Below, piece after piece: positions 27,809 to 43,170 of a stretch of DNA of 64,000 bases (position 1 is the first letter of the stretch; each line of letters opens with the position of its first letter). Below the pieces are notes generated by a model that saw nothing but the letters and a program-made list of their open reading frames with translations, had not been told where the DNA came from and searched no databases. The stretch lies in NCBI RefSeq assembly GCF_009914755.1, contig NC_060932.1, one strand, 5' to 3'. Both the position numbers and the translations under genes were made by a program. The DNA is from the human T2T-CHM13v2.0 reference genome, Homo sapiens.

Positions 27809-30800
27809 TTATCTTAGGTATTTTTTTAATAAGAGTTTTACATACTTACAGTGTACAATACAATGTCTCAGTATATATGTCCATCATAAAATGATTACTA
27901 CTGGTAATCAGTTTTTTTCTATGAAAACTGATATATAATTGGATTATTATATATAATATATATTTATATAATTGGATAGAATTCTAAAAGGATCATGCCT
28001 GCCTTACACGAATATCTGGTTATGTTTTAAAAACATCATGAGATTTCAACAGTCCTATCACTTCTTGTTGAAGAGAATAATTTCTCATCAATTTGGCTTC
28101 ACTGCTCTTCAAGAGCTTTACATGTGTATATGTGTATATACATAGATATACACACATTTTACACACACACATCTACATATACAAACTATATCGGACAAAG
28201 AAAAAGCATCCTCCTTTCACACAATGTTTTGTGAACAGTGGCTCAGTTTGGTTCTTTGGCAACTCCTCCTGTCAATTGGGAAACAGATTAGCTTATATAA
28301 TTTGTAGAATTCAAGTTGGATCAGAAAATTGCAAAAGCGTGAGACTCATTACAGAAGGATTTGGTCCATACTGATTTAGGAGGCAAAGAAAGTCAAAGTT
28401 TAGAGGCTATTCCAGAGAGAGGAACGAATGCACAGAGGAGGGCCCTTCATGCTGGGTACCCCAAGAGATGGACCCCAATACCCCAAAAGAACAGGAGCTC
28501 CATGAGGGCAGAAGTGGGTCTCCTGTAACCCACAGCCGTATGCTGAGATTCTAGAAGTACTCCACCCGTATTTGTTGAAATATACCGGCAATCCCCTCCC
28601 ATCATACCCAGGATCTCATTGGCTCGGGAAGAAATCCACGCCCATTCAGTTAAGTCCTATGGAATGAGGGAATCCTATCCTCCATTTTTGGCCAAGACTT
28701 CGGGATTGAATCAGTGGTCACCCATCAGGGAATGAAAAAGACAAGAGGCAAAGGGGAGAATCCACTGGAAGCTGAGCTGGAAGATGAGGTCTCCTTAAGT
28801 GCCTTCCCACTGAAATGAAATCGACTGCCTGAGTTTTCAGAATCAACCAGGAAGTATAAAAGCAGAAACAAAACTTAATGTTTAAATCCCAGAAGTGAGG
28901 TTTATAAATAAAGCTAAATGTGCTGATTCCACAAAGCAAATCTATGTCACAATCTATCCTACGTGTGCTTTCCTAAGCAAGGTGCCCCTTTATCTCAGGA
29001 GTTAGGCCCCAGCTTTCTCATGCCATGAATACTGGGTTGGAGAAGAAGTTTTCTAAAATCACATCTTATGTTTTGGTGCTGAAAAAATATTGCAGTTAAA
29101 CCACTGCATATTGCTTTAACTGATAGTTTTCCTTCCTAAAAGGCTTACATCATTAAAGGCTTATCAGTTTATTCAAATATATCATTGTTTACCTCATGGT
29201 TATGACATAGTCTACCTTCTCCCGGGACCCTGAGAGGAATTTCATTTGGTTATGGTGATTTAATAGACATGGTTTATCATAGTTTGCACTAAACAAAAAT
29301 TTCCTCCTAAGAAATTACACTCTGATAGACACTACTCTCTAATAAAAGTTACTCTGGGGAAGAAAATAAATTTTCCCCAAATTGCATTCTAGACAAGTTT
29401 GTCAAGAATTCAACTGATCCTCTTTTTTTTAATCAATGCACCAAGTTATTTTGGGCAAGTTATAATTACAGTGTCTGTAATAGACTATCGGCAACAAAAA
29501 ATCTAAAGAGATTTTGCCCCCAAGCATGAAACAGCATCCACATAATGTATGTTTCTGACAATAAAACCATTTACAAATGACATTAAAACAGTAACAGCGT
29601 TTTTCCTGTCAATTGTCACTGCAAATACTTCACTCCAGTGTTGTCCCCTCCACTCTTTGCCTTCTGTGTGATCAGCACCAGCTTCTCCTGAATGGTAAGG
29701 ATCCATAAATTATCTTAACAGTGTAAAATTCACTACTAGAATTTTTATATCAAGATGTCCTTTCAATCTTTTCTCCCCTCAGTTATGCCACTTTTCTCTG
29801 GAAAGACTTCGCATAAGACCTGTGCTTCTTCAGAATAACTCGTGGAGTGTCCATTTTATTTTCTTCTATGATCATTAGTGTTAATATATTTAATCTTAAA
29901 CAGACCACATGGCTGTAGAAAAAGAGGTGAGGCTCTAAATGATTTGCTCAAAGGCAAGGGAGGGGAGTAGGTAGTGACCCCTAGAGTTTATTCCAGGTCT
30001 GTTTTCATTATCTCAACAACATTAAAAAAATAGTGAAATGGCTCAAAGATGTTAAATAATAATATGCAAATTTATTTTATCATATCTCACAAACTGTATT
30101 TTTACTTCGTGATTTTCTTAAGGGTGAACCTAACGTCTATAAAATTGAAACCAATAGTTGGGAGGAATTCATTGCACTTAGAACCATACGCACAAACTTA
30201 GATTGAAGGAGGAACAAGGTGAGAGGAGAGCGAGTGAGCACACAGTCAGGAGAGGAGGGCAGAGAGAGAAGAAAGTAGAGAGACCAAGTAGAGACCAATT
30301 GCTACTCAGTTACACTTTATAACACCCGACCCTGATAATCTACACCAGCCCCGGCCCCATTTCAAAACTTTGCTCTGAGGCTACCTCTTTGTGGCAAAAA
30401 CCAAAACCAAAACGAAAAACAGACAAACAAAAAACAGAGGCTAACTGGAAAGGAAGAAAAGATAGAGGAATGAAACAAAAGAATCCTAAATCCTGACAGT
30501 AGAATTAAGACAATGGAATCAATTGTTGTTCTAACAATTTTGAAACCAAACTTCAGTAACCTGGCATGTATTAGAAATGTAGCAAATGCTTAATAAGTTG
30601 GTAACATACACATCCAAGATAAAGTACTACGAAATGTGGGCCTATTTTCTTGGTGGAATAAAATTTATTATATATACTATTAAAATATGTGAATGATATG
30701 TAACAATTGGGTAAATGGGAATTACTTCAAATAAACACAGTATTGTTTTAAAAGCCACGGCAGTAACTTACATTTATGCACTTCATTATATTTGTCAATG

Positions 30801-31289
30801 TATTCTCAAAAGGCCTGCAAAAATGTGTAAGGAGATTTGGTAGTGCTCACAGACTAAAACAGACAGGATTAGAATACAGAAATATTGGCTATTGAGTTCA
30901 AAAAGGTGATTATATAAAATAAATCCTTGCTAAAGCATGCATGGATTATAAAAACATGATTGGCAATTATATTGCGAAGTTTGAAAAAGTAAAATTGGAA
31001 TTTAAAAATTTTGTCAAATGGGTTATGAGAAAACAGTAAACTCACACAGGAACTTAACTGTTTTCCAGGTGTAGGTTTTTATGAGGCAAGAGCCCAGAGA
31101 CTAGGCAGCTTAAGTAACTTACTCAAAGGACTGCTTGTAGAATCCCCTTCCCTGGCTATGAACTTAGTGATTAACCTACACTAAGGCAGGTTTCATGTTA
31201 TGTTGATTTCCTAGATTTGGAGCCTGGTGAAAAGAAATGGACTAATGCCACAAAAACTCAAGTATCAATTACCCTCCTTGGGGTGTCTA

Positions 31290-31512
31290 CTAACTGCTGG
31301 TAAATGCTCGGAGTGTGAAAACACTGTATTCTCACAACATCCATAAAACACCCTTATGACTTAAAGACAGGCAGTAAAGCTCACTCCTTTTGCAGGTGAG
31401 GAAACGAAGCCTCAGAGATCCTTAATAACTGACTTAAGACCATGCAGGTGGAGAGCAGGAGAGACAAGATTCAAACCCTGGCGTCTCTCTCCAGAGCCTG
31501 TGCTTTTAACTC
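31290..31512 (-). mobile_element. MIR (MIRb-like)
   Basis: ttttgcaggtgaggaaacgaagcctcagaga...aagattcaaaccctgg...ctccagagcctgtgcttttaac. Confidence 0.85.
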
Positions 31513-31642
31513 CTGAAAGTTCACAGGAGATTTCAAACCAGGGCCATAGAGGAAATAAAAATATATGAAGCCAAGCAGTAATTTTGGTTATTGATTAGAA
31601 ACCAACCAACAATTTAGATTTCTTTAGCACTCTGTTGTATAC

Positions 31643-32142
31643 CAAGGGTCTCCAACCACGAGCCACGAATGTGGCTGCCCATCAAGGGGTGAGCAGCAGA
31701 AGCCAGAGAGGCTGTGTTGTTTTCACAGCTGCTCCCCATGGCTCACGTTACCAGCTGAGCTCCACCCTCCTGTCAGATCAGTGGGAGCATTACATTCCCA
31801 CAGGAGCGTCAACACTGTCGTGAACTACGTATATGAGGGATCGAGGTTGCACACTCTTTATAACTATCCAATGCCTGATGATCTGTCATTGTCTCCCATC
31901 ACCTCCAGATGGGACTGACCAGTTGCAGAAAAACAAGCTCAGAGCTCCCACTGATTCTGCATTATGGCGAGTTGTATAACTATTTCGTTGTGTATTACAA
32001 TATAATAATATTACAAATAAAGTGCATTATAAATGTACTACATTTGAATGACCCCGAAACCATTTCCTCCCACACCCTGGTCCGTAGAAAAACTGGCTTC
32101 CACGAAACTGGTCCCTGGCACCAGAAAGGTTGGGGACTGCTA
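31643..32142 (+). mobile_element. MER1A (hAT-Charlie DNA transposon)
   Basis: Ends caagggtctccaacc / ggttggggactgcta; internal ctgagctccaccctcctgtcagatcag; 8-bp TSD ttgtatac (31635-31642) / ttatatac (32143-32150). Confidence 0.92.
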
Positions 32143-32849
32143 TTATATACAACTCATAATATCATGGACATGACATCATTACATAAATTTCTACTAAAAG
32201 AATCAACCTTTGAACCAGGAATAGGGCACATTAAAGGCAATTCCCTGCGAGGTCAACGCACTGGCTATCTGCAAGCGCGGCCAAGTGTTTCCCTCATTCC
32301 CAAGGCAGCCCCAGATCCCCCTGCCGGCAAGAAAAACCTTGTGGAAGCAGACATGTGCTGCAACAGAGAGATGAAAAGCGCCCTTAAAATGGGAAACGAC
32401 AAATTTGATAAAGCCAGTTTTCTTTATGCTCAAATCTGCCCTTGTCTGAAAGAGCTACACTCTCCCACTTGCAGTCATTCACCTGGCATGTGAATATATA
32501 AAATTCCCATCTTTTGATTGAAAAATAACATTTATTTCCTACACCTTTATGAATTTATAGATGGAGTTTAAAATTTGTGTCTATTTACCTCTGTCCTTTG
32601 CAAGATACTTTTAATGAATCTGGAAAAAAAGGGAAAAAAGACTGGAATCTAAAGCACACAGGCACAGCCCCATTTCTTTGACAATCCTACAAAAGTCAGG
32701 ATAAGAACACAGCAAAAAAGGGGGAAACTTGTAGAATTGAGGTTTATTCACTGTGGGCTCCAGGAAGTGATTTTCTCTTCAGCCTCAAGATTAACAGCTT
32801 CAATTCTTTTCAAAGATATGACAAGGAATTTTAAATATCTGGATCTAGG

Positions 32850-33168
<319 letters not shown>

Positions 33169-35187
33169 CTGGATCTAAGAACACTAAATCTGAGTGTTTG
33201 GCAGCACAAGCCACTTTTTGAACTCAGCCCTTGGCTTTGTGACCCATCCTATGAAGTCCCCACACTCTAACAGAAGGAAAGAAACAACAAAAAGAAAACC
33301 CAGCAAAATTGTCTGATGAAGCACTTAAGAGCAGCCCAACATTGACTAAAACACAATAGAGGAGGAGGAAGTTCATGTTACAGTCAATGAAGCTAATCCA
33401 AAATTTCCACCCAATTAAAGACAGAGTAACAACTGGGAAGACATATCACAAACCCGATTTACTTTTTGACTGGAAAGGAACAAAGAGTAACAAATGTTTT
33501 CATGCCCCTGACAGTGCTCATCCGGTGATTTTGGGACTTAGCTCTTAGACTGTCAAATACACACCCTTTCCACACTCCAGACCCTGCACCGCCCATGAAG
33601 CCCTACTTCACCAGGGCTCAACCATCCATAGCTGTCTCCTGGGCAACCGCAAGAACAAACTACATCTTTTTCCTCAAGAAAATGCTGTATTTTGTCAGCA
33701 CATGACTCTGCATGACAAAGTGACAACAGATGTTAAAACCAATTATTTCCTATAGAAAAAATGATGTAATCTAACTCATATTTTGCATACTTTTGTCTAC
33801 TCTTGGAGACATTTAAGAAGCCAATACTGTTGAATGTCTAATATAGTTTGTGTGTAATATATCGGTGTAATAAAAATGGAAGCCATTAACAGTAGATGCT
33901 AAAAATAAGGAAAAACTGTATTTTAAAGTATCAGTAATATATTATTTTTATAAATATAACAATTTCAATAGGGAATATAAATTGATACACAAGTACATCA
34001 GCCAATCTGATCTTTGGAAAATTAAACCTTGAAAAAAATGTATGTTTTATAAGTACTTTGTTAATCCACCTACTGTTCACAAATGATTGTTCCACAGCCA
34101 AATGTGACACAGGTAAAATGCAGGATTATGGAGTTTTGAGGCCTTATTTAATTATTAGGAGAAAACTCAGAGTTCCTGCAGTGTGATATCACTCCAAAGA
34201 AGTCACCATGCAGGCCCAGAGTTTGTCTAGTTTTGTTAAACTTATCACTGGTTTCCACAGAAAATCTTTGGAAGCCCTGTTATGATATGATTTGTCCAGG
34301 AAAACTGAAACCTTAACTGCCTGCCTCCTTCAACACTCAAAACATTTTCCTATGGCTGTCATGCTCCCTTCCAGGAATCATGGAATCTGCTCTTCACGGC
34401 ACATGAGTGAATGGTGGAAGCTAGCCTACCACCTCCCTGGGGGAAGGGGATTTCCTGTGAGGTCACCCGAGTTGTTACTGACAAGTGGAGGTGCCTCTGT
34501 GTGGGGCTGTGGCTGCCTTGAGATCTGTCTTGGCCATGTGGCTACAATAAAAAGTACCATACCTTTGACAGCTAAACAAGACAATAGAAGACAGACCGTG
34601 TCCCGAACACCTTCAGGGCAGGGTGTGTGACTCCAAAGCTCACCTTCCAAGTATTAGGACTGTGTGACCCTGAGAGTGGAGTGTGTGTCAAATGTAGATT
34701 TGACGGAAAATAATTAGAATTTTAACCAAAATCTACATTCTTAGCCTTTACATCCACACATCACCATCTACTTTTCTGTCACAAACATATTGAATTAACT
34801 TCATACGCAGCAGCTTGTTAAAATATAAGACCCAATCAAGATCATTCACAGATCTTATAATTCCAAGTTTCAAGAATAAAACCAACATGTCCAACTGAGC
34901 TAAATATATTCTTCATTTCAGCATAAAAAATAGAAGTCATAGATATTGAGAGAGTTAGATTTCAGTGTCTCATCTTACAGACACTGGCTTTAGGCTTCTT
35001 ATGCCTCATATTAACTTATTGTAGGGCAAAATTAGTTCATACTTAAATAAAAATATTTTAATACCCACCTTGTATTGTGGTGTTTTTTTCATCTTATCTG
35101 TTTTTGTCACTATAAAAGGATACTGTCAATCTCTCCTTCTTGTGGAGATTAATTGCCTGATTTATACATCAAACGTGCTTAAGTCTG

Positions 35188-35765
35188 TTTCAATTTTTGT
35201 GTGTACAGAGTAGATGTGTGTATTTGTGGGGTACATGGCATGTTTTGATTCAGAAATGCAATGCATAATAATCACCTCAGGTTGAGGGGTATCTCTCCTC
35301 TCAAACATTTATCCTTCAAGTAACAAACAATCCGATCACACTGTAAGTTATTTTAAAATTGACAGTTACTGTTGATTATATCCATCCTGCTGTGCAAGCA
35401 AATAGGTCTTATTCCTTCTTCTATTTTTTTTAATCCATTAACAATCACCACCTCCTTCCTTCACTCCTACTACCCTACACAGCTTCTGGTAACCATCCTA
35501 CTCCCTATGTCCATGAGTTTAATTGTTTTGATTTTTAGATCCCACAAATAAGTGATCATGTGATATTTCTCTTTCAGTGCCTACCTTATTTCATTTAACA
35601 ATGATCTCCAGCTCTAGCCATGTTGGTGCAAATGAGTGAATCTCATCCTTTTTGTGGCTGAAGAGTACTCCATTGTGTTTAAGAACCACATTTTCTTTAT
35701 CCATTCATCTGTTGATGGACACTGAGGTTGCTTCCAAATCTTACCTAGAGTGTACAGTGCTGCAA
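35188..35765 (-). mobile_element. L1MA 3'-end fragment
   Basis: gtatttgtggggtacatg...gatcccacaaataagtga...ttctttatccattcatctgttgatggacact. Confidence 0.88.
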
Positions 35766-38700
35766 TTTGAATTTCTTGCTCAGCTTTCTAGGACTATCCT
35801 GATTCTCTCTATCCCTGAGATTGAGACTCAGTGCTTTTTCCTCAAGGTAATTTAATGGGACAGGCTATGGAAGAACAAATTTCCGAAAAAATGAATCCTA
35901 CAGTTGCTACCCAAAAGAATTCTTTTAGGGGAATTTTAGAAATGGCAAATCCAATCCAACAAAACAAAGCAAAACTTTGTTGTCTCAACAAATCAAATCA
36001 ATGACTGACCAATGTATCAAATTGAAGAACTGGTTCTGAAATTAGGCAGTAGAGAAAAGTAAACTTCCTTTTAAGTAACTGAAATATGATTATTTAGTTT
36101 GAGAGAAAAAAAATAAGCTTGTTTTAAAAAGAAAATACATTTTAAGGTATTGCTAACATCCTTGTATGTGAACAACTTACTGTAATCATGACTAGCAAAG
36201 TGAGCCACATTTTCTAGTCATGATTATCCGTAAAATCAGAAACATTCACCAAAAGTTAATTACATGAAAAGTTTCCTCTCAAGATTTTTATAACATAGCC
36301 GCGTATGTATTTTTGTCATTTATTTCATATTTATATTACAGTTTCTGCAGATATCTTGAGCAGACTATCAGGTTTAAAATGTTTTTATTTCATACTCTAT
36401 CAGCCTCTGTTCACCAAGCCTTTCCAGATCCCAGAGTCACACAAAGGAGTTCGTAGAGTTTAACCTAATATTTATAAGACCTTTAGCATAGAATAAGATT
36501 CTACTATCTTATATACTTGCTTAGGCTGCCAATGAGTTCCATGTTTGTGGTGTGAAGACAGAGATCTTTGAGTTGTCTCTATGGGAACTTCATAGGCCGT
36601 GTTTGGTTGATGGGCTTGTCTGTAAAACTGTGCAGGTCTGCCCCTAGTTCACCTGCCTCACTGGTGTAGAATTCAAGTGGTCTCACCTGAGAAGCCGGCT
36701 CTCAGGCTTGGACATCAACCTGCTTAAAGTAATTCTCTAAGTGTTTTCCATGTATTTTCTCATAAATGTTGACAGAAACCCAATAAAGTGGTCTGATCTG
36801 CATTTAAAAGGGGGCATGGAATACTTCCAAGCCTCTTAGCTATGAAGGAACAGCCAATATTCACACTCAGCTTCTTTGGTTTCCAAGTTCCTGCTGTTTC
36901 TAGCACACTACGCTGCACTCAGAAAAGAATTGAGTGTGCTTCCTGATTTAGATATTGCTGACTTCTTAAAAAACTCATAAACATTGAGATCGATCTGCAA
37001 GAAACTCCTGAAATAATCTCAACCCAAGCCGTCTTGTTTTTAGAGTGCAGTTCTTTAAGGTTGAAGAGACCTGGGGCTTTCCTGAATGCTCATGGAGGTG
37101 GTGTCTGAAGCAGCACCAAATCTCCAGTCTCTGAACTCTGTCCTGCATCACCCCTTTCTCACTGGAGCATGCAGCTTAATTATAAATACAGTTGAAGTTG
37201 GTGGATACTTAAACTCTACCCATCCACATGACGCTGAATGTTAACTGGGACATGTGGCAATGGACCAACGCTTGGGTTCCACAGCACCTGGCTGTAGGAA
37301 GATGCAGGTGGAAGTCCCACTCCTTTCACATGTTTTACTTTCCATCTCTAAGCTGACGGGAGTGTGGGGAGCCCTGCACAGTCACATTGTGCTGAATCAT
37401 GCTCCTATTATTTTATACCTACATTATCCCATGGAGTAGTATTTACTTGGAATTCCTGCAGGTAGAGCCACTTATGCAAACTCTTGCGGCCTTCATACTC
37501 AGTTGAGATTACCTGCAGTTACCTGCAAATATTTGGTTACAAATGAGTCCAAACCATGTGCCCTGAATCACAAGTGCTTGAAGGATCAAAAGATTTGCTT
37601 ATTATTCAAGATCTAATTCTCAAAATTGAAAGGTGTATTATCTGAATCTGTATCACGTTCCCTTGAAAGCATTAGATTACCAAAGACCAACGGAGTTTAA
37701 GTATGCATAAGTAACAATATATGGTGTAGGATTCCGTAAATGAATTAATGTGAAGTCATGAGCGCTTCATCAGTCCTAGACGTTTGGGGCAAATTTTCAT
37801 TTCAGAACTGAATAATAAACTATATTCTTTTTAGTAATCTTAGCTGATATAGGTCTTATTGGCGCCATCCTATTTCATCTGTATTATATGGTTCACACTA
37901 ATCAATCAAATCAATTAATCATCTATATCACCTTGTTACTGCTGTGGTAAAGATTATTTCAATTAAGTAAATGAGCCATTTTATTAAACACATTGCAAAT
38001 TTCATTTATTTGAAATACTTTATATGAAATATATTGCTTCTATTAAACAAATTAAACAACTACTAAATTGAAAATGACCTTTCACTGCTGCCAAAATTAC
38101 CTTGGTAATCAATACGTTAAATATAATTATTCAAAATTAAAGAAATTGTGAGATATTACTATACAACTTTGTGGGTTACTAACTTATTTCACGTACGTTT
38201 ATTACTTAATATTTAATAATGTAATGATTTTCATCTAACTTTTTCCTAACATTCTTATGTTTTCCTACTTTCTTCCGTTTGACGAACAAGCTGAGATAGC
38301 TATATACATATATGCATACATTTGAAAATGTATATTTGAAGTATGAGTTTACTATCTGCTGAAAATACATATTTCTTTATTATTAACATACTTACATATT
38401 TGTTTTAAGGTAAAGTAAAACAGCACCATAAGGCAAAATGGAAGTTGGTAGGAGTGCGTACTATGAAAATGTGTGCTTATTAAAGGCAGGGTTTAAATTT
38501 AGTTAGGTTTTGAAATAAGTAAATAGAGAACATAAATCAGTTTTGTGTTACTAATGGAGAATCCTAAGCCTACAAATAGTGACTTTGAGAAGAGATGTAA
38601 ATTCAGGGGTGAAAATTAAAGGCACTAATACAGAAGGCAGCTTCGAAAGATAGGATGGTGTAATGAGATCCCAAAAGAGAATCAACTACACAACAGTTAA

Positions 38701-39507
38701 CAAGCTTAATAAGGAGTAATAATATATGTTTACAGTTTCCACACATGAATTAAGATCCTGGCCTGCACACTTCACCAGCCTAGACATGGGGGGTATACAC
38801 TTAATTTTCCTAAGAGTTAAGAAGCTTAATATATCTAAAATAGCAGTGATCAACAGTTTAAAACACTGTTTTTAACTGTGTTAGGATATTGGAAAAGAGG
38901 AACTCATTCTCTTTAAAGTGCAGCTTTGGTGTAAATTTCTTGCTAATTTGGACGTTTCTTTCTAGATTAATAATGTAGAAATCTTTTGATCCAGCAACCT
39001 TTTGAAATATGCCCTACCTATATGTGCATGTGCACCTATACATATTGTATATATTTATAAGATGCTCACAGCATTGGTACTATAACCAGAAAAATGGAAT
39101 CAGCTGGAAAGTCTATTAACTGGGAAGCATGTAAATAAATCATTACATATTTATGCAATTATACAATGAATAAGGAGTCAGAGGATTGCTCTCACTCACA
39201 CCTATATCTAATTATCCCTTTTCCCCCAGCACAAAATCATTGTTCATCTTGTTACTCACAAAAAAAAATCTCAGCAACTGTTCTCATTTCCCTCTATAAT
39301 TTCTATGGATATAAAGACATGTACAGATAACATTGCTGACATGCATATCTATATGTAATTTTCAAAGATGCAAAACCAACTTTAGCATTTTCTCTGGAAA
39401 GATAGGTAGTACCATGCAATGATAGGGAAGAAAAATTGATTGCATACATTTGTGCTGCTTGAGAATTTTATCACATCAATGTATTATTTTACAAATTAAT
39501 TAATTCT

Positions 39508-39802
<295 letters not shown>

Positions 39803-39888
39803 TTAAAAATATTAATGAAAATATATACATCTATTATCATTTTAAAATATAAACTTTTTTCCTAATAATTTGACTCGTTAATCAAAAG

Positions 39889-40206
39889 GTTTTTTGTTTT
39901 TTTTTTTTTTTTTAAGAGATAGGGTCTCTGTCACCTAAGCTAGAGTGCAGTGGTACAACCTTGGTTCACTGCAGTCTCAAACTCCTGGGATCAAGCAATC
40001 CTCGCACGTCAGCCTCTTGAGTAGCTGGAACTACAGGCCTGAGCACTACACTCAGTTTTTTTTTTTTTTTTTTTTTTGGTGGGGGGAGTAGAGAGGGAGG
40101 TCTCACTCTGCCCCCTAGGCTAGTTTTAAACAGCTGGCCCCAAGCAATCCTCCTGTCTGAGCCTCCTAAAGTGCTGTAATCACAGGCATGAGCCAACTCA
40201 CCCAGC
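39889..40206 (-). mobile_element. Alu (AluJ-like)
   Basis: Diverged dimer with J-type caagcaatcctc motifs and two T-tracts. Confidence 0.9.
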
Positions 40207-42854
40207 CCCAGAAGTCATCTTTAAGATTACTTTCTTAAAATGAAATCAGTGTTGAATGTTTTATTAGGAGTTAGACATAAGGTATTTTACAGAGAGAGAA
40301 TGCATTATAAATAACTTTCAATTTTCATGTGCAAAACATAGAAGCACATGAAAGCCTATCTCATCTATGCAAACATTTTATGTTCAATACATTTGATAAT
40401 GCTGAAGTTCTTCACCACCTAGGTATTTAATTTTATTTCACAGAAAAGTCACATTTTTTTCTAAAATATTTACAGGTATCTTTCAAATACCAATTAAAAC
40501 GTTTGAGGTACAGGAGATAAATGAAAATTTTTACTTAAATATTGCATTGCAGTCCATTTGACTGACTAATCTTGGGTGTATCACAAGATAAATCAAATAA
40601 GGTTCAATCAAACACTGAAGTTTGAGTAATAAAAGCATGAACGAAAATTCCAGAAAGATTTGAGTTATTTTAAAGTATGCTGCTACAATTTTAGGAAATT
40701 CCTTTATAAATCTTATCAGCTTCTTACATAACCATTGTACTGAGAAACTCAGGGGCCAAATGTTCCGAAAACCAAATAATAAAAGGTAGACTTGCCCTGA
40801 GTCATTTCTATGTCCCCCCGCTTTTTTCTAAGAGGTCTGGAAACCCATTTTGTTTCAAAACTGCTCAGAGTTTGAGTTGTAGAAACACGTGACGAAATGC
40901 TTATCTCCTCCCACTCTTATCTCCTGTCCTGATTCAGCAAAAACATCTGAAACACAGCTTCAAATGCAGGCAAAGTGACAATCTCCTGACAAATGTTTAT
41001 AGCAGACATGATGTCATACACAGTGCAGTGATGGCTGTTTATTAATCTTTAAAATTTTGTTTTTATAACAGTAAAAAAATTATTAAAAGTTAGAAAAGAA
41101 ATGAACACAAAGTATAAAGTAGAAGTTCTCCTTCCAAACTATCCCATTCCCACACGTTTGCCTAGAGATTTCTACCATTAACAAAGCCTACGTTTCCAGT
41201 CCCCACTGTATATATGAACATATAAAGCCCAGTTCTATAAATACATCTACTTACATGCTTATCTACAAGCATATTACATCTGTTATGTATATAAAAGATG
41301 TTATTCCTTATGTCTGTTTACCTGAAGAACCTCTCAAACCATATGCAACTAAAGAGATTTTATCTTGTTTCACTTATAGCTCTTCCCCAAATTGGCTAGA
41401 AAAACAGAAGCAAGCCCTCTGGATTGCTGGGGATTCCAGAGTACTTTTAAAACTTCATTGACTTTCCCTTATTCAATGTCTCCGAAAAGGTAGTTCCCCG
41501 AAATGTGTATTTGTTGATAATACAATCAGTGACTATTTTATGTTTGCATATAATCCAAAGACAGTAATGGTCTGTGATAACTTACAATTTTTAAAATTTG
41601 ATTTCTAAAACTGAAATATGTAAGTTGCCTTTATTTACATGATTTGAGATGGGACTGTAAATTAATGAGATTGCTTGTTTACAGTGAACAGATGTTTATG
41701 TTTATATAAACATAAATGATATTTGTCCCTCAACGTAATGTATCTACAGCACCACAGGTATCTCCAAAATAGTGTCATTGCTTTAACTCTTCCATCTCCC
41801 AAAAACACTGTCTACTTTAAAGATTTCGATTGTAATTGTGAATATACAATTATTTGAGAAGAGTCAGAGGTGGTATCTGCCTTTACTTTCTGAATATAAA
41901 AGGGCTGTAAAAAGTGGTAGCTGGTATAGCAACAGTATCTTATTCCTCCTTTTAAATGGTAGAATTCTTACAGTGATATATTACTGAGTATACAAGAGGT
42001 GTTCAATTTTTATTTGTAATTAATGTGTTTTAAGATGGATAATGTCAAATCATCAGCATCAATCAATCTTCGCCTAAGTTTTGTATTCGCTAGAAAATAA
42101 ACTTAACTTATTTTAGAGAAAGTCTACCCACAATATGCATACACACTGGTCTTTGAAACAACGGCTTTGATAACAAAGGCAACAAAACACAGTTCCAAGA
42201 AAATTGCAACAATCTTTATTCATTATTCAACAACACTGAATTGTATGATGCAATCAAGATTTATCTTTTCATCTTATGTGTTTCTTTATATGCCACATAT
42301 ATTAACACCAGAATACAGTATAGAATTTCACGAATGATATGTCAGCCACGTGTGGCTCAAGACACATGAATAATATGCATTTGCTTAAAATATAAAGAAA
42401 ACTTCGCATTCAAAGAATGTACTGGAACAGCCATGCCGTTGACGTGCAGTTAAAGAAATAGCATTTATACCATTCAATCCTGCAATTCCCAACAAAATTC
42501 TAGCAGCAGTTGGCTAAAGATGATCCAAAATATGAACAGTTTTATCAAACTATAAACACATTCTATCTCTACCAAGTGTGATCTGTGTCATGTCCAGAAA
42601 ATCCCTTATATGGTGATCACAGTGTTAGTAACGAACTTCTGGGTAACAAAGTTGACATGTGAAAACACTCAGCTATGTTTTCATTTCATCACATCTACAG
42701 GAGTCCTCATAAGAAATGCGTACATATACATGCATATATTCGTGTGTGATATAATTACCTGTGATATGAGGTGAAAATGTACAAACGGAGTAAGAATGGT
42801 GACATGTTAAGGAAGGAAAACACACACTATCTTTGAGAAGAGTAAGATAGAGGT

Positions 42855-43170
42855 GGCCTGGCACAGTAGCTCATGCCTGTAACCCCAGCACTTTGGGAGG
42901 TCGAGGCAGGTCGATCACTTCAGGTCAGAAATTTGAGACCACTCTGGCCAACATGGCAAAACCCTGTGCCTACTAAAAATATAAAAACTAGCCAGGCATG
43001 GTGGCACAGACCTGTGATCCCAACTACTCGGGAGGCTGAGGCAGGAGAATTGCTTGAACCTGGGCTGGGAGGTGGACGTTGCAGTGAACTGAGATCTCGC
43101 GACTTCACTCAAGCCTGGGCTACAGAGTGAGACTCCATCTCAAAAAAAAAAAAAAAAAAAAAAAAAAAAA
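42855..43170 (+). mobile_element. Alu (AluS) with A29 tail
   Basis: Full dimer; flanking agaggt repeated as a TSD remnant. Confidence 0.95.
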
